Positions 39,059 to 54,439 of a DNA stretch of 64,000 bases are shown here, one piece after another; the stretch's first letter is position 1; each line of letters opens with the position of its first letter. Under the pieces are notes generated by a model. It saw only the letters and a list, made by a program, of their open reading frames with translations. It made no database searches and had not been told where the DNA came from. Source of the DNA: the human T2T-CHM13v2.0 reference genome, Homo sapiens; NCBI RefSeq assembly GCF_009914755.1, contig NC_060933.1. One strand, 5' to 3'. Position numbers and translations under genes: made by a program.

Positions 39059-42000
39059 ATAATGATGGTGGTTTTCTCTGGGGAGGGCTCTGGGAAGGGT
39101 TGTTATATACAAGGGGAACTTGAGCTTTAACTATCATTTGAATTTTTATGGCACAAATGTGCCGACATATTAACTGTATTATTTTTTAAAGTTAGAAAAA
39201 ATTTTCTAGCTCACAACTGAGTTCTGATGTTTGTTGATTCTGAATCTTCAGCAAACCTCTATGAGTTGTAATATTTTTACAGTAGGAGCTTTGTTTTTAC
39301 AATCTAAAATATCTTTAAATGAACTGAAATTTATTTTTATTTAAAATGTTTTTCCTAAGAATTTCTAAAGGACTGTGTTTGGAAAAAATCTGCTTTTTAA
39401 CAGATGTCTTACATTCCCTCCTCAGTCCTGTCTCTAAATATTACTTGGTAAAAGTAACACACTATTTTTCTAGACTCTGACTAATGCTTCTTTGGGTTTT
39501 TTTTTTTTTTTTTTTTTTGGCCACCGCCCATTCAGAACACAACCTCTATTACCAGATGTTTGTCTTCCTGCTTTCTATATTTAAAAGTCACAGATGAGAT
39601 TTAGCTGGTATAGCCACATAGTTATTTTTTTGTCAACAGTTTAAAGTTTTGACAATCGGCATTGGCAAACTAATTTGAAGACCAAAACAAAAAAAATCTT
39701 GATTTAATTAAAGAGCTTAAGAAAGATTTCAGCCTGTCTGACTTCCGCAGGGCAGGCCAGGAGGTCAGAATGGCGCTCAGAAGTCCTCCTCCACAGGAAT
39801 TCTAACCCGGAGCGCCTGCTGGCTACTGCCCAGAAACTGAGTCATGAAGAAACCCCACGTGTAAAATAATCCTTCAGGCAAATGGGAAACGGTACCTTAG
39901 AATGGACTGTATCAGAGCCATGGACTCAAGATTTGAATGAAATACAGAGCCAGCTAAGTTCCCTCCCGCTGGAGCCATTCATTCAGCACTTCATTATGGA
40001 GCATCTTAGAGTCCTTCCTGGGCTTAGGGACACAAATGGACCACGGGCTGCGTCGGCTCCTCAGCAGTTCAACTAAGGGGGGAGGCAAGCTCTGGGAACA
40101 GACTGCAGCCCCAGGCCAGATGGCTTCTTACCGGGAACATACCAGGTCATGTGAGGCCAAGAGCCCTCTGGGAAGGCAGAGAAGGCTCCACAGAGGAGGG
40201 GACATGACTCGTGGATTTGTATGCAGAAAATAGAGGGACAAGAATTCTGGACAACAAAACAATAGATACTAGCACTCCTGGCCTTTCATTCTGAAAAGCC
40301 AAATCATCCTTTGTCCACGGACTGTAGGGAGAGGTTGGGGTAGAAATAAAGTCAGTGAGTCATTCTGGTGGCAAATTTCAAACAGCCCCAACCCCCACTT
40401 TTTAAAACAGTCCACAAACAGGTGAGCAAGAGTAGCGCATTTCTTCTCTTTCTTTAAACCAACTCAGTGTAGACTTCAAGCCCCCATCTCTCCCCAGGCA
40501 GGTGAAATACCTGATCTCAGTCATGCCAGGCCTCCAAGAATGTGCCACGGTCCCAAGACCATCCGCAGCCCTACAGGTTGGGCCAGGTCCTCTGCTCCCC
40601 ATCCCAGGGCCTGGGCTGTTGAGATGTGGAGCCTCTGGGGAGGGACCACTAGCAAAGCTGGAACACGTGTGTATTCTCTCTTTAAAGGATAGAAATGTGC
40701 CTAGAGGCCAGCATTTCCAAACATGCAGAGGGCCTCTCTCCAGCTGGGCCGGGGGTGAGAGCAACCCTGGCATTAAGCCTGTTCCCATTCCACCATCTGC
40801 ATGGATGGCTCTGTCCGAGGTTTTTAACCACAGACATCCTGGTAATCGGGTTCCAGGAGTTCAGAGACCTGTCTTCTAATTTGGCATCCTCTCTTGACCC
40901 CAAGAAAATCACTTTTATCTTTCTCTTTGTGTGAAGTCAGCTGGCCACACCCCCAGCCATTCAATTTGTCTACAGATTCTTGGGCAAATGTCTTTCAGTT
41001 CCAACTCCCTGTCTCCAACCCTGGGTCAGTCTCTGGGTCTCTTTCCACTTCCCTCCACACCCCTCAGGGCCTGTCTAAAGACGCATCCTCCACATTCTTT
41101 CCCCACTTCCAAGTCCCATGGTTTCCCTGGCTTTGTCTGATAGGTACCAAAATGGGTCCCAGCTGGAGTCCAGCTTGTCCCCCACAGTGGGGGCCAATGT
41201 CGCATCATCCCGCACAGCACAGTCCCCTCACCTCTGAGACCTCACTTCTGCTGTGTTTCCACCCTTCCCCCGGTGACATCTGCCCTCCTGGCCCACTTCA
41301 GAGGAATTTTCTCCATGCACTTCCCCAGACCCCAGGCCAGTGACCTTCTCTTAGTCTGAGAACTTGGCAAATTCTTCTCCTCAGACAGCACTCACTTCCT
41401 GCAGTGAGCATGCTGCCCCAGACAACTGCGGGCTCCTGGGAGGCAAGGGTGGCTCAGGACAAAGATTTCCCCAGACCCGCAGAGCCCGCTGGTGTCCAAG
41501 GGGAGCAGAGGAGGAGAAGAATCTGCTACAAGGAGATTCTACAGGAGATTCTACAGTGTGGAGAAAATTGCAACGAGGCAAAACCACATCAGCATCATGA
41601 GCTACAGGCAGGAATGGAACAGGTTCCACAGAGTCAGGAAAGGGTCCACCTCCATTTAAGTCGGGCGGCCTCTGGACAGGGGCGCAGGGGTGTGGGGCAG
41701 ACCTCCCCCTCTCTGCCCCCTCATTTGCCCCCCTGCCAGCCTGCGTGTCCCCTCCCTGGGTTGCGCTCCCACCACCTTTGCCCTTGTCCCTGAATCCCCA
41801 GGCATCTGGCCTCTCTGGAACCAGTCACTGGTCATGTCTGAGGTTCCAGGTCCCCTGCTCCCTCTGACCTCAGAAGCAGTGTAGACTTACTGCCCGCTCT
41901 CCTCCCTTGGCCCCTCTGGCTGTCTGACCCCTTTTCTGGGTCCTACTCCTCCTCCTGGCCCAACTGTCAGTGCTGCCCACACCCCTCACTGCCTCCTGGG

Positions 42001-42339
42001 GAGGGGTCACCCCACTGTGCCCATCCCTCCCAGCCGCTGTGGCCTGGGAGCTGGCATTCACCACCCAGAGCCAAACACAAGGCCCTGGAGCTTGTCCTGC
42101 CCCAGGGCCACCAGGATGAAGGCTGGCTGTCCTGCTGCCTCCTGTACCCTCTCTGTTTCATTTCCATCTGTAAAAGGCAGTGCCAAGAATGGTGGTTGTC
42201 AGAAGCTATGGGGAGCGGGAATGGGGAGTTGTTGTTCAATGGGGACAGAGTTTCAGTTTGAACTGAACCAATAAAAACGTTCTGGAGATGAATGGTGGTC
42301 TTGGTTGCACAATCATGTGAATGCATTTAATGCCACTGA

Positions 42340-42702
<363 letters not shown>

Positions 42703-43260
42703 TACCACAATATTTTTAAATGAGAAGAAAGAGCATTGCCCAATAGTGCCTACTTTGCACTGTTGCTTACTGATTAAATGGGATGATGTTTGCAGAATAC
42801 TGAATGCAATGCCCGCATCCAATAACAGTTCAATAAATGACCTCTAAATTATCTCTAGATCTTCAGTCACAGTCTCCAGTTGCCTGCCAGACACTCCCAC
42901 ATACCCTTCATACCTCGTCTTGGGGCAAATGAAATGCCTGCTGGGGCTGACGCTGCCAAGAGCAGAGCCCAGACTGAATCCCACTCCCATTACCCCTCAG
43001 CCTGTTCTCCACACACAGAGGCCTGACAGAGGAAACAGGGGTGGGACGAGACAGGCCTGGGCAGTGCAGCTCCCAGAGTGGTCCCCACTTGGAAAGTGGG
43101 GTGCAGAAAATAAGAGTCAGGATTTAGAAAATCTATGCCAATCTGACAGTGTCTGATGAATAGAATAATTAAAGTTGGGTTTGTATTCTGGATGTCTTTT
43201 AAAAATATTTTTCCAGTAGTTTATCTTTACGTTATGAAAGTGTTGATCTGTGTTATATTA

Positions 43261-43648
<388 letters not shown>

Positions 43649-44845
43649 CTAGGCTGTGCCAGGATAACAGATCAATTCCTAAATCTCAGTGGCTTAACCA
43701 ACGATAGCCTGATTCTTGTTTGAATTCCCACGGGGTGGGCTAGGTGGCTCTCCCCAGGTCCAGAACCCAAGGCCTGGGGTTGCTGTGCAGGGGACAGTGG
43801 ACAGAGGAGGCTGGAGCTTAACTGCCCGCCTGCTGCTGTGTGTCCTAGGACCAGAAGGACCATACAGCCTGGCGGAGGCTGAGAAACACAGCACAGCCAG
43901 TGGATAGTGGGTGACAAGAGGGTCTGCCACCTTGTAGATCTGAACCTGGGCTCTGCTCCTGGGATCCGGGTTTCTGTAAAGGAGCTGGTCTTCACTGTCA
44001 TTAGGTGCCTGAGTCTTAAAAGCAAAGGGCCATCTTTGGCCCTTGTCTGCCTGTTTTTGCAGGTCCTGCCTGCAGGCAGCCCCCAGCCCAGCCCCACAGC
44101 TTCCCATTTCCCGCAAACTATCAAGCACACACTGCATTTCTTCAGTGCCCAATAAACTGTGAACACTCTTGTTAAACCAGACTACTCACTATCTTCACAT
44201 TTTCCAGCTCCTTGCCTTGGCTCCAAACAGTTGGTTTCCTGGAATCTACCTCTCCTCAGTCCTCTCCTTCATTCTTGCATGTCCAAGCACCACCCATCCT
44301 TCAAGCCTCAGCTCAAATGCCAAGTCTTCCAGGAAGGCTTGTGCACAAGCCAAGAATGAGCATTAGAACACCCAACTGATAGTGGCTTAAGTAACAGAGA
44401 CGTTTATCTTACCAGAAGTCTCCAGCAAGGTGGTTCCAGGTTCTTTCAGCAGCTCGCTGATGTCAAGGTCAATGGTCTGGATCAGCATCTCTGCTGACCT
44501 TCAGGGCTTTACTTCTTGATCACAAGACAGCTGCAGTAGTGCCGTGATCATGTCGTTACACAACTGCAGTCAAGGCAGAAAGAAGGAGAGGCAGCAGGAA
44601 AAAAAAAAGGTGGGCAGTTTTCCTTTTCTATTATAGAAGGAAGCATTTCCTAGCAAACCTTCTAGCAAAATTCCCCTGACATCTCATTGGCGAATACTAG
44701 TCCATGTAGCCAAACCTGCCCTAAATGTTGGGGTATCTGGGATAGTATCTGGCCTGGGGGATGACCTTTACATAATGGTCTCATCCATCATGGACCTGTC
44801 TCAGGAGTTAAGAGCAGCCAGGGTGCTCCTAGCAAGACAGAAGGC

Positions 44846-45135
44846 AGCTGGGTGCAGTGGCTCATGCCTGTAATCACAGCACTTTGGGAGGCCAAGGTGG
44901 GTGGATCACTTATGGTCAGGAGTTCCAGCCTGGCCAACATGGTGAAATCCCATCTCTACTAAAAATACAAAAATTAGCCAGGTGTGGTGGCAGGCACCTG
45001 TAATCCCAGATACTCAGGAGGCTGAGGCACAAGAATTATTTGAACCCAGAGGCAGAGGATGCAGTGAGCCGAGATTGCACCACTGCACTCCAGTCTGGGC
45101 AATAGAGCAAGACTCAGTATCAAAAAAAAAAAAGA
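44846..45135 (+). mobile_element. AluS
   Basis: Dimeric Alu; agaaggca flanks. Confidence 0.9.
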
Positions 45136-45774
45136 AGGCAATGGCTCTAGTAGAGTCAGCAACAGACAGAGGCTGCCACACCTTCCCCATCCTTTCTGTT
45201 TCCACTTGCAAGTAGTCTTGTATTCTCTAAATGTTTACAGCTTCTTATCTCCCATGGCTCATAATATTTCCTACCTTTTCGTTATCAGTTAGGATTGCAA
45301 ACCTGGCTTGCAGTGGCTTTGTTGTTCTCACATAACTATAGGTTGGAGAGAAGTGAGCATTGACATGGGTCCAGCAGTTCACTAATGTCAGCGTCCATAT
45401 CTGTGCTTCTCTTGGTGGTTTCTCTCATGGTTACAAAACGTCTGCTACAACTCCAGCTTTTGAGTCTTCACACAATGTGGAAAGATATGGGGAGGTGTGG
45501 TGACATTTGCATGTTTCTTTTTTCAGGAGTGCAAAAAAGTTTCTTCGAAGCCTCTGAGCAGACTTCAACATGTTTCATTGGACAAAAGCCTATCACATGA
45601 CCACCCCTTGACGTCAGTCTGATGAGGGGAGTAGTCAGCGTTTCTGGCCTTGATGGAAGATGGTTAGGGATGTCATGACTGGTGGGCCAGCTGGGATGCC
45701 TGCAGCTCTCCTTCTGTATCTGTCATCTCCTTTGGACTGAGAGCTCTGTAAGAGCAGGGATATTGCTTATTTCT

Positions 45775-45918
45775 TTTTTTATTATTATTTTATTTTGTGT
45801 AGAGACAGGGTCTTGCTATGTTGCCCAGGCTAGTCTCAATCTCCTGGGCTCAAGCAATCCTCCCGCCTCAGCCTCCCAAAGTGCTGGGAGTGCAGGCATG
45901 AGCTACTGCGCCCAGCCT
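45775..45918 (-). mobile_element. FLAM_C-like Alu monomer
   Basis: Single reverse arm. Confidence 0.8.
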
Positions 45919-46124
45919 GTTTCTTATTTATGACTTGGACCTGATTATACAGGAGTGTTGTGGTAAGTAACTGGGACAGTGCATGCTGAGAACTCATGTG
46001 TGCTGAGCCATTCAAGAGTGGCTGTCGCCATCATGAACAAGGAGCAGTCACAGCACCTTCAGCCCCCCAGGGCCCATCTTGTGTCTTGAACATATTTGAT
46101 GCTGGGTGCCTGCATGCTGAATAG

Positions 46125-46510
<386 letters not shown>

Positions 46511-47138
46511 ACACCCATACATTTTACCATGAACCTTCACATCTATAGGACAACCTCATCTGTGAGGCAACATAGCTTGCCAGGAAAAGAGAAAGAGTCA
46601 TATGGAACATGACACATTGCAGCCTTGGAAAGGTTATCCTACCTCTCTGTGCCTCAGTTTCTCTGACTTAATGAAAGCTAATTTCTTGAGCCTCTTAGGG
46701 CTGTGGAGATGAAATAAGAGATAACACATGACAATGCCGACCCAACATGGGTGCTCAACTAGTGCCCCTTGTTTGGACTGGCTGATCCTCCAGGAACCCC
46801 CAGGCAGGCAGACGAGACAGGCACTGAGGGCTGGGAAAGGCCAAGTCAGAGTCCACAGACTGGCGATGCCCAGGATCAGAGAGGAAGGGCTGAGAGATGG
46901 CCTCGTTCAACACACGTGAATGAAGAAGGAACAGGAGAGGCCAGGGGCTACCTGCCTCAGATGGTCCGGCTGTGGTGGGGTGGTGGCCCTATCCCCCAAC
47001 TTCTCCCTGCTAACCTGAGGCCAGGATGCTGTGCCTAGGAGTAGCTGGATTTTAGTAGGTTCATCTTCTCAATTACACAGGACCACAGACTCTTTCAGTA
47101 AAGAGCCAGAAAGTAAATACTTAAGACTTTGCAGGTCA

Positions 47139-47933
<795 letters not shown>

Positions 47934-48059
47934 TCAAGGAGCTTCCTTGCTTCATCCCCTGGAGGAAAGCCGGGCCTGGCCATGGCGCTATTGTGACGTG
48001 GCTCCCAGAGCAGTTTCAGGCCTGTTCTAGCATCTGGCCGGGGCGGCAGCCTGAGAGCC

Positions 48060-48232
48060 ATGGAGCCGCTGGGTGCAACACTGTCCTGCCCGTGTGCATG
48101 GAGCTGCTTACGTTGCCTGCACTGCTGCTGTCCTGTTCCCACAACTTCTGCAAACAGTGCCTGGAGCTGATCTTGGTTTACCAGAATTGCACCCAGGTCC
48201 AGGGATGGTTCTGTTGTCCAGTGTGTAGGAAA
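48060..48232 (+). pseudogene. TRIM pseudogene exon 1: C3HC4 RING finger
   Basis: gccATGg Kozak; MEPLGATLSC(P, 1-bp deletion at 48090-91)VCMELLTLPALLLSCSHNFCKQCLELILVYQNCTQVQGWFCCPVCRK|gtaaga. Confidence 0.92.
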
Positions 48233-51200
48233 GTAAGAGGAAAATCAGGGCCCTTTGACTCCACGAGGGAGCAGACTTCTTTCTGGTCTGCACTCTTCGA
48301 ACTCTAGCCCATGAGAAAACTGGGGACTTTGGGCCCCAAAATGAAGACCAGCAAGGCAGACCCACATCTCTGAAGGGTTGTGAGAGGGCATCGGCAGGGG
48401 AGGACAGGCTTTTCCTTTAGGCTTAGAAGATCCATCAGGACCCACAGGGAGGAGCTACAGGAGGATGTACATTGTGGCCTAAGGTTGGAGAGAACTTTCT
48501 TACAGAACAGCTTGTTCAGTATGCGCTGGGGTAGGTAGGGCCATTTATTAGCACTTGCTAGGTGCCTTGTCACTGTGGTGGAAGACCAGAGAAGCAGAGC
48601 TGATGAGGGTTCAGATTTCACCCTTTAAGGAGAGATAGACCACACATATAATGGGAGACCCCACAGTGCAGGTCTGCAATGCACCGCAGGGGACAGGAAG
48701 GCCACAGGGGAGGCACTGCTGCATAGAATCTACAGTAGGACTGATGCTGATGGAGAGGGCAATCTAGGAAGAGACAGTGGCAGATAGCAAGGCCCGAGAA
48801 AGAGAGCCTAAGAAAGGAGGTGCTTAAGGGCCTGGCCCAGAGATCACGGAGGCTTGAGCATAAGGTGCTGTGGGAGACACCTGGGGCTTTAGGGTACCCA
48901 CCCGAAGGGTAAGTAGGACATATTCCAGGAGGCCCTACACATCAAGCAAAGGGCTTTGCATTTTATCCTGTAAGCAGAGGGGAGCTAGTGACATATTTTA
49001 ACCTGGAAAGGGTCATCATAACGTTGACTTCTGAAAGCACAATGTCACATGCTCTCATGGAAATTCTTTGTGTAACATTTCGCCAGCTGGACTGTAGGAA
49101 TCATGACTGGTGTTGCCCCAGACCCTTTGGATATTTGTGGAAGGAAGGAAGAAAATCTAGAAGGAATAGGTTGCAGGCAGAGGAATCCTGAGGGGCTGGA
49201 GGGCAGGGAGAGAGGCAGGCGGTCATCACCTGGCTTTTGGGGGAGGGGTGCCATGAGGTGACTGCAGAGACAGGGGCAACAGCTCAGAAGCACCACACAT
49301 TTGGATGGATCATTTTATTTGTCAACCTGGAATTTTCACTTATTTGTATGTTTATTTTTAAATCATATCAAAGAAATAGTGTAGAAAAGAGTTTATAATG
49401 AAAAGCAATGCTGCCATCCCACCCCTAGTCCCACTCTCCAGAGGCAATCTCTCCTAACTTTTTCTACCTCATTCTTCCTGCAGTCACCACCATAGCTCTG
49501 AGTATGTGTTTATCTCACCATTCTTCGCCCACTGGTTTTAGACGCTACTGGCATTTGCTGCCTCTCCGACGACTGAGCTTCTCGTGCACAGCTCCTTCCT
49601 CATCTTCCCTCCCTGAGCAGGTCCATGGCAACCTTAATTTCTCTATTGTGATTTTAAGTTAATGCACCAAGCAACTAGAGATAATGGCACCCTCTGAAGC
49701 TCCACTTTGTAAGGGAGGCGGTCCTTGTCCCCTGCCCTGCTCTCTGGCTTTCCTGCTCCCAGGTGACAGACACACAGGCTCCTCAGACTCCGGGAGCCCA
49801 TAAGGAACCTGCAAAGGGCACAGGAAGTACACTGGAGGTCTTCGCAGAAATTTTGTTGAGCCTGGATTTGGGGGTTGGGCAGGTCATGCAGGTGCGGTCC
49901 CAAGAGGGTTGAGCAGAAGTAGCTGTGCGTCCTCACCCTGACAGAACACAGATGATTGAGCAGAGGGACAGTGCTGGCTGGGATACTGGCTGCACCTGCG
50001 GCCTAGAAGGGCGGGAAAGAGCTTTGGACTGATTGAGTAGAGGCAGAGATTTGAGAAGGGAGGGAGGAAGAGGACTGGTGTGCCCAGCTCTGAAGGCAGA
50101 CCCTCTGGGACATTTTCAGTGCTCTTCAGTTTTCTTTGAAAAGAAAAAAGGCCCAGATCCCAGGCGCAGGCCCATTCATCTTCCCTGGAGTATTCATTCT
50201 GCTGAATCCTGGAAAAGATTTATACACCAGCAGCATTCTGTAGTGAGTGTTATGCTGGAATTCAAACCCAGGTCCACCTCTTTTCAAGACAAGTTCTTTT
50301 CTCATTTCCGAGGCACCAGGGAAAAGAAATCACTTCCCTGCACTGGTTCTGTTGGGGCCAAAAGATCAGGAGATGATTGCCATTGAAAAGGTAGTTTGTT
50401 ACTCAGAGTTCCCAAGAGGAGGGAGCCCCCCACCACGCAGGGCCACATGGGGAAGCCCCAGGGTTGATCAGGAAGCAAAAGGAATGGCAGGGAACTGTGG
50501 TCCAGGGCCTTTGCTGTGGTTTCCACAGGAAGAAATGGGGAGGGGAGGGTAAGCAGGCTAAAGACTGGCTAGTGTGAATCATTTCAGTGGGCTCTGAGGC
50601 ATAGGAGCTGTGCCTTGCTCTCTGGTAATTAGGGCAGATGGACAGTGGCCTGCGTGTGAGAAGGTTGGATGGTTGGGGGTGTGGGATCTGGGTTGGTTGG
50701 TTTGCATCTGAAAAGCACAGTCCCAGGTGAGATCCTTTACTCTGTCTAGGAGTTGGCTAACCCTGGGAGGGCAGGCCCCAGGTGCCAAAACATCAAAATA
50801 CAGAAAATAAAAGACACAGTGAGACCTGGTCCTTCGTTCTCTGCACTCCACTGGCATATCCAACTGTGCAGTCATTGACTGTGAGCATTTCTTACCACTG
50901 GACTGAGTTTCTGTGGAAGACAGAGTAGGTCCTAACCAAAACTCAATGGACTGAAGGAACGCAGATTCCAGTTTCACCTGATGGAGTTTGTAGTGACTTT
51001 CACAACAGATACTGGTAACAGGCCCACAGCAGGGCCAGCCTGGAAGTGTCATCGTGCAGGGTTCTCACAGTCACTTCCCTCTCCAGGTCTTGTCAGCCTT
51101 CCCCAGGGTGGAATGTGAGTTCTTTCCTCCTCCCAGATGGTGTTTTAGTGACCAGAAAGGGACATATTTCAACCTCCCCCAAAGATGAGGTGGCCTTTGG

Positions 51201-51243
51201 CCTCAGGAATTTGCCACAAACTCATGTGATCTCTGTGTTTTAG

Positions 51244-51402
51244 GACATTTATTTGAAGGGCAGGGGAACAAATGGATTGCAGGGAAACATCCTGGCTGAA
51301 AATATCCTGGAAAAGCTTAAGGAAGTACTTGAGACACTTCACACCGGGGAGCAAAACCAGCTCGCTCAGATGTGTGAAAAGCGTGGAAAAATCATGAATC
51401 TG
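51244..51402 (+). pseudogene. TRIM pseudogene exon 2: post-RING linker and start of B-box2
   Basis: tgtgttttag|DIYLKGRGTNGLQGNILAENILEKLKEVLETLHTGEQNQLAQMCEKRGKIMNL|gtatta; 159 bp open; resembles MuRF HGVYGLQRNLLVENII. Confidence 0.88.
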
Positions 51403-51584
51403 GTATTAAATTATACTTTTTAAAATTTTCTTTTTGCCTAGCTGCCCAATCTGTCAAATTACTCGGTAAGCCTACATAGTTGAAACCAGATGTTTACTCA
51501 GGAGTATAGTAGAGGATTACTTTCCAAATCCACAGCCCAATGCTAACTTTATTCTTGATTTGTAACGTGGAGCCCAGGGACGAA

Positions 51585-51664
51585 TGTGTGTGTGTGTGCG
51601 GGGGGTGAGGGGGTGCATGTGTAGGGGGGGTGCATGTGTGTGTGCGCGCACACACACACATGCA
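51585..51664. repeat. (TG)n / G-run / (CA)n compound microsatellite with near-perfect palindrome
   Basis: tgcatgtgtgtgtgcgcgcacacacacacatgca at 51631-51664. Confidence 0.85.
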
Positions 51665-52315
51665 GTATTCAGCCCTGCAGCCCACAGTGGGGTTGAAGGG
51701 GTCACATGTAGAAGGGCTCAAACAGGTACAGTGATTTATGAGATTTATGAGACTCCAGCCACCCTCAGTCATCTCGGAGAGAGGGTGCGGTAGGATGAGA
51801 CTGGCGAACCGGCTATTCCTTCTGTTGCCTCCTGAATGGCTGGTGAGGAGGGACTCCTTTGGAGAGCTGAGTGTAATTCTGGCATTTGGATGCTCAGCAC
51901 ACGTTTTCCGCACAGTGTGCCATATGAACCCTTGGTTGTTTCTGTGCAATGCTCTGTACATTGTACATTTCTACACACATATCTACAGTGTGCCTTGTAC
52001 AAAACTAGATGTGTTCTACAAGACACTCCACATTCCCTTGCTAAGGGATCTTCAAAGGGAATTTTGAGGTAATTTTCCCCTTTGGCACTGACTTTAGGAT
52101 GGATCCTTCTGTCAGATGGGATACCCCTTTAAAAGGCTTTAATTCTTTGCTGTTCACAAAGCACGTTTACAACCTTTAGCCTACTTGACTCCCCGAGCAA
52201 CCCCGGAGGGGCAGGAGAAGGCAGAGTTTCCATGTTTCATAGATTAGGTAGCATCAGCCACCAGCCTTAGGGGCCTCATCTAGGTTGCTTCGTCTTTGCT
52301 CATTATCAGGTGTAA

Positions 52316-52620
<305 letters not shown>

Positions 52621-53420
52621 CCCTAAGTTGACAATTTACTTGGAAGAAGTCAAAAGTATTCATGAGACTTCATAATTCTGCCGTAACTTGAAACTCTGAA
52701 GCCAACTCCAAAAGCAGAGATGTGGCTCTGAAAGAGGCTCTGGAAGAGGGTCTCCTAGCTCTGAATCAAGTCTGCCGCGGTGAGGCAGGGTCTCCCTGAG
52801 ATCCTCTACCCTCAACCAGCTACCTGGGCCACCGCCTGAGCCACTCCTCTCTTCCTTGCAGCTTGCACTTCTGCTGAGATCAATGACACTGCTTGGGACA
52901 GGCTAGGTCAAGCCCCTGAGGTGCAATTATATATTCCTCTTTAGACTATGCCTTTAAGAATTGGTTTAGTTTTTCACAAGTTTGCTATGGTTCTGCCTCA
53001 TCTTCAGCAGTCACCTCTATGGTGTTCATTCAGAGCCTGCCCCTGAACTGAGTAAGGAAGGGGTGGAAGCAGAAGAAGCAGGCAGAGGGGATGGCTCCTC
53101 TTTGATCCCCTCCATCTAGAAATGTGCTCAGCTTTCAGTCCCGTAGTGGGGCTCACTTTGTTTGTGAAGGTCCTTGTAATATTATCAATAGCTACCAGGG
53201 GTTTAATGTCATCCAGGTGTCAGGCACTACTCCAGGCATCTTACGTGCATCGCCCTATTTAATTCTCATGGCAGTCCTATGAGGCAGGTGGTGTGGTAAT
53301 GTGGGAAAAGCTCTGACCTTAGACTCAGAAGGACCTTGTCTTCTAATCCCAGTGCTGTCCCTTCCTGGCAAGTTATTTGCAGCCTTCTGAGCTTCCTCAC
53401 CCATAAAACCGTACTATGTA

Positions 53421-53753
<333 letters not shown>

Positions 53754-54004
53754 CTATCTAAAGCAAAGGGTGGTCGTGTGAGGATTCCGTGAAATAACAA
53801 CATGCACTTACTAAATCACCACCAGACCATCCTAGTACTATCATCACCTCTGTTCTACACACACCAGGGTGTCCTGTGCAACTGACTTTTAATACTTGCT
53901 TCACACATTCACAATGTCATCAGCCTGGGTAGGGCAGGTCTCTAGTGCATAGGGTTGGAAAAGGAAGGAAAGAAAGTTTCACTGACTTTTCTTCTCTCAA
54001 TCAG

Positions 54005-54175
54005 TTGTGCCTAAGTGATGAAAAGCCAATATGCAGGATATTCAAGCTCTCTGGGGACCACAGTTCTCACCAGGTAGCCAAGATTGCTGATGTGTACACA
54101 GAAAGGAAAGCTAGCTTTGCTGAGGACATTCAGCAGGTGCTGCAGAGATCTGAGAGCACAGCCCAGGAAACGGAG
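54005..54175 (+). pseudogene. TRIM pseudogene exon 3: rest of B-box2 and start of coiled coil
   Basis: actgac branch site plus pyrimidine tract, cag|LCLSDEKPICRIFKLSGDHSSHQVAKIADVYTERKASFAEDIQQVLQRSESTAQETE|gtatgg; 171 bp open. Confidence 0.88.
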
Positions 54176-54439
54176 GTATGGCTTGAATGGTTCCTCTCCT
54201 GTCCCCACATTAACAGGAAGACAATGTTTGGTTCTGGTTTCAACAGTTTTCTCTTCAGAGCACTAGGCCAACAAAGGTAGTGTATAAATGCAAAGGAGAA
54301 ATCATAGATTGCATTCTCTAGAGACAGGTTCCCCTTGAGTCTGTCCTGAAACATGCCAAGTTTTGAAATGCGCACCTTAAGAACTGGGTCAGTCCTGATT
54401 GCTTTCAGGACTTCAAAAAATGAACAGTTAATAGCCAAT

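Noticed and set aside
39497-39518. Isolated T22 run as the tail of a processed pseudogene
   Set aside because: No TSD, poly-A signal or recognisable mRNA body next to it
40825-40875. Peptide DILVIGFQE resembling an inositol 5-phosphatase motif
   Set aside because: Isolated short match with no other 5-phosphatase motifs or consistent exon structure
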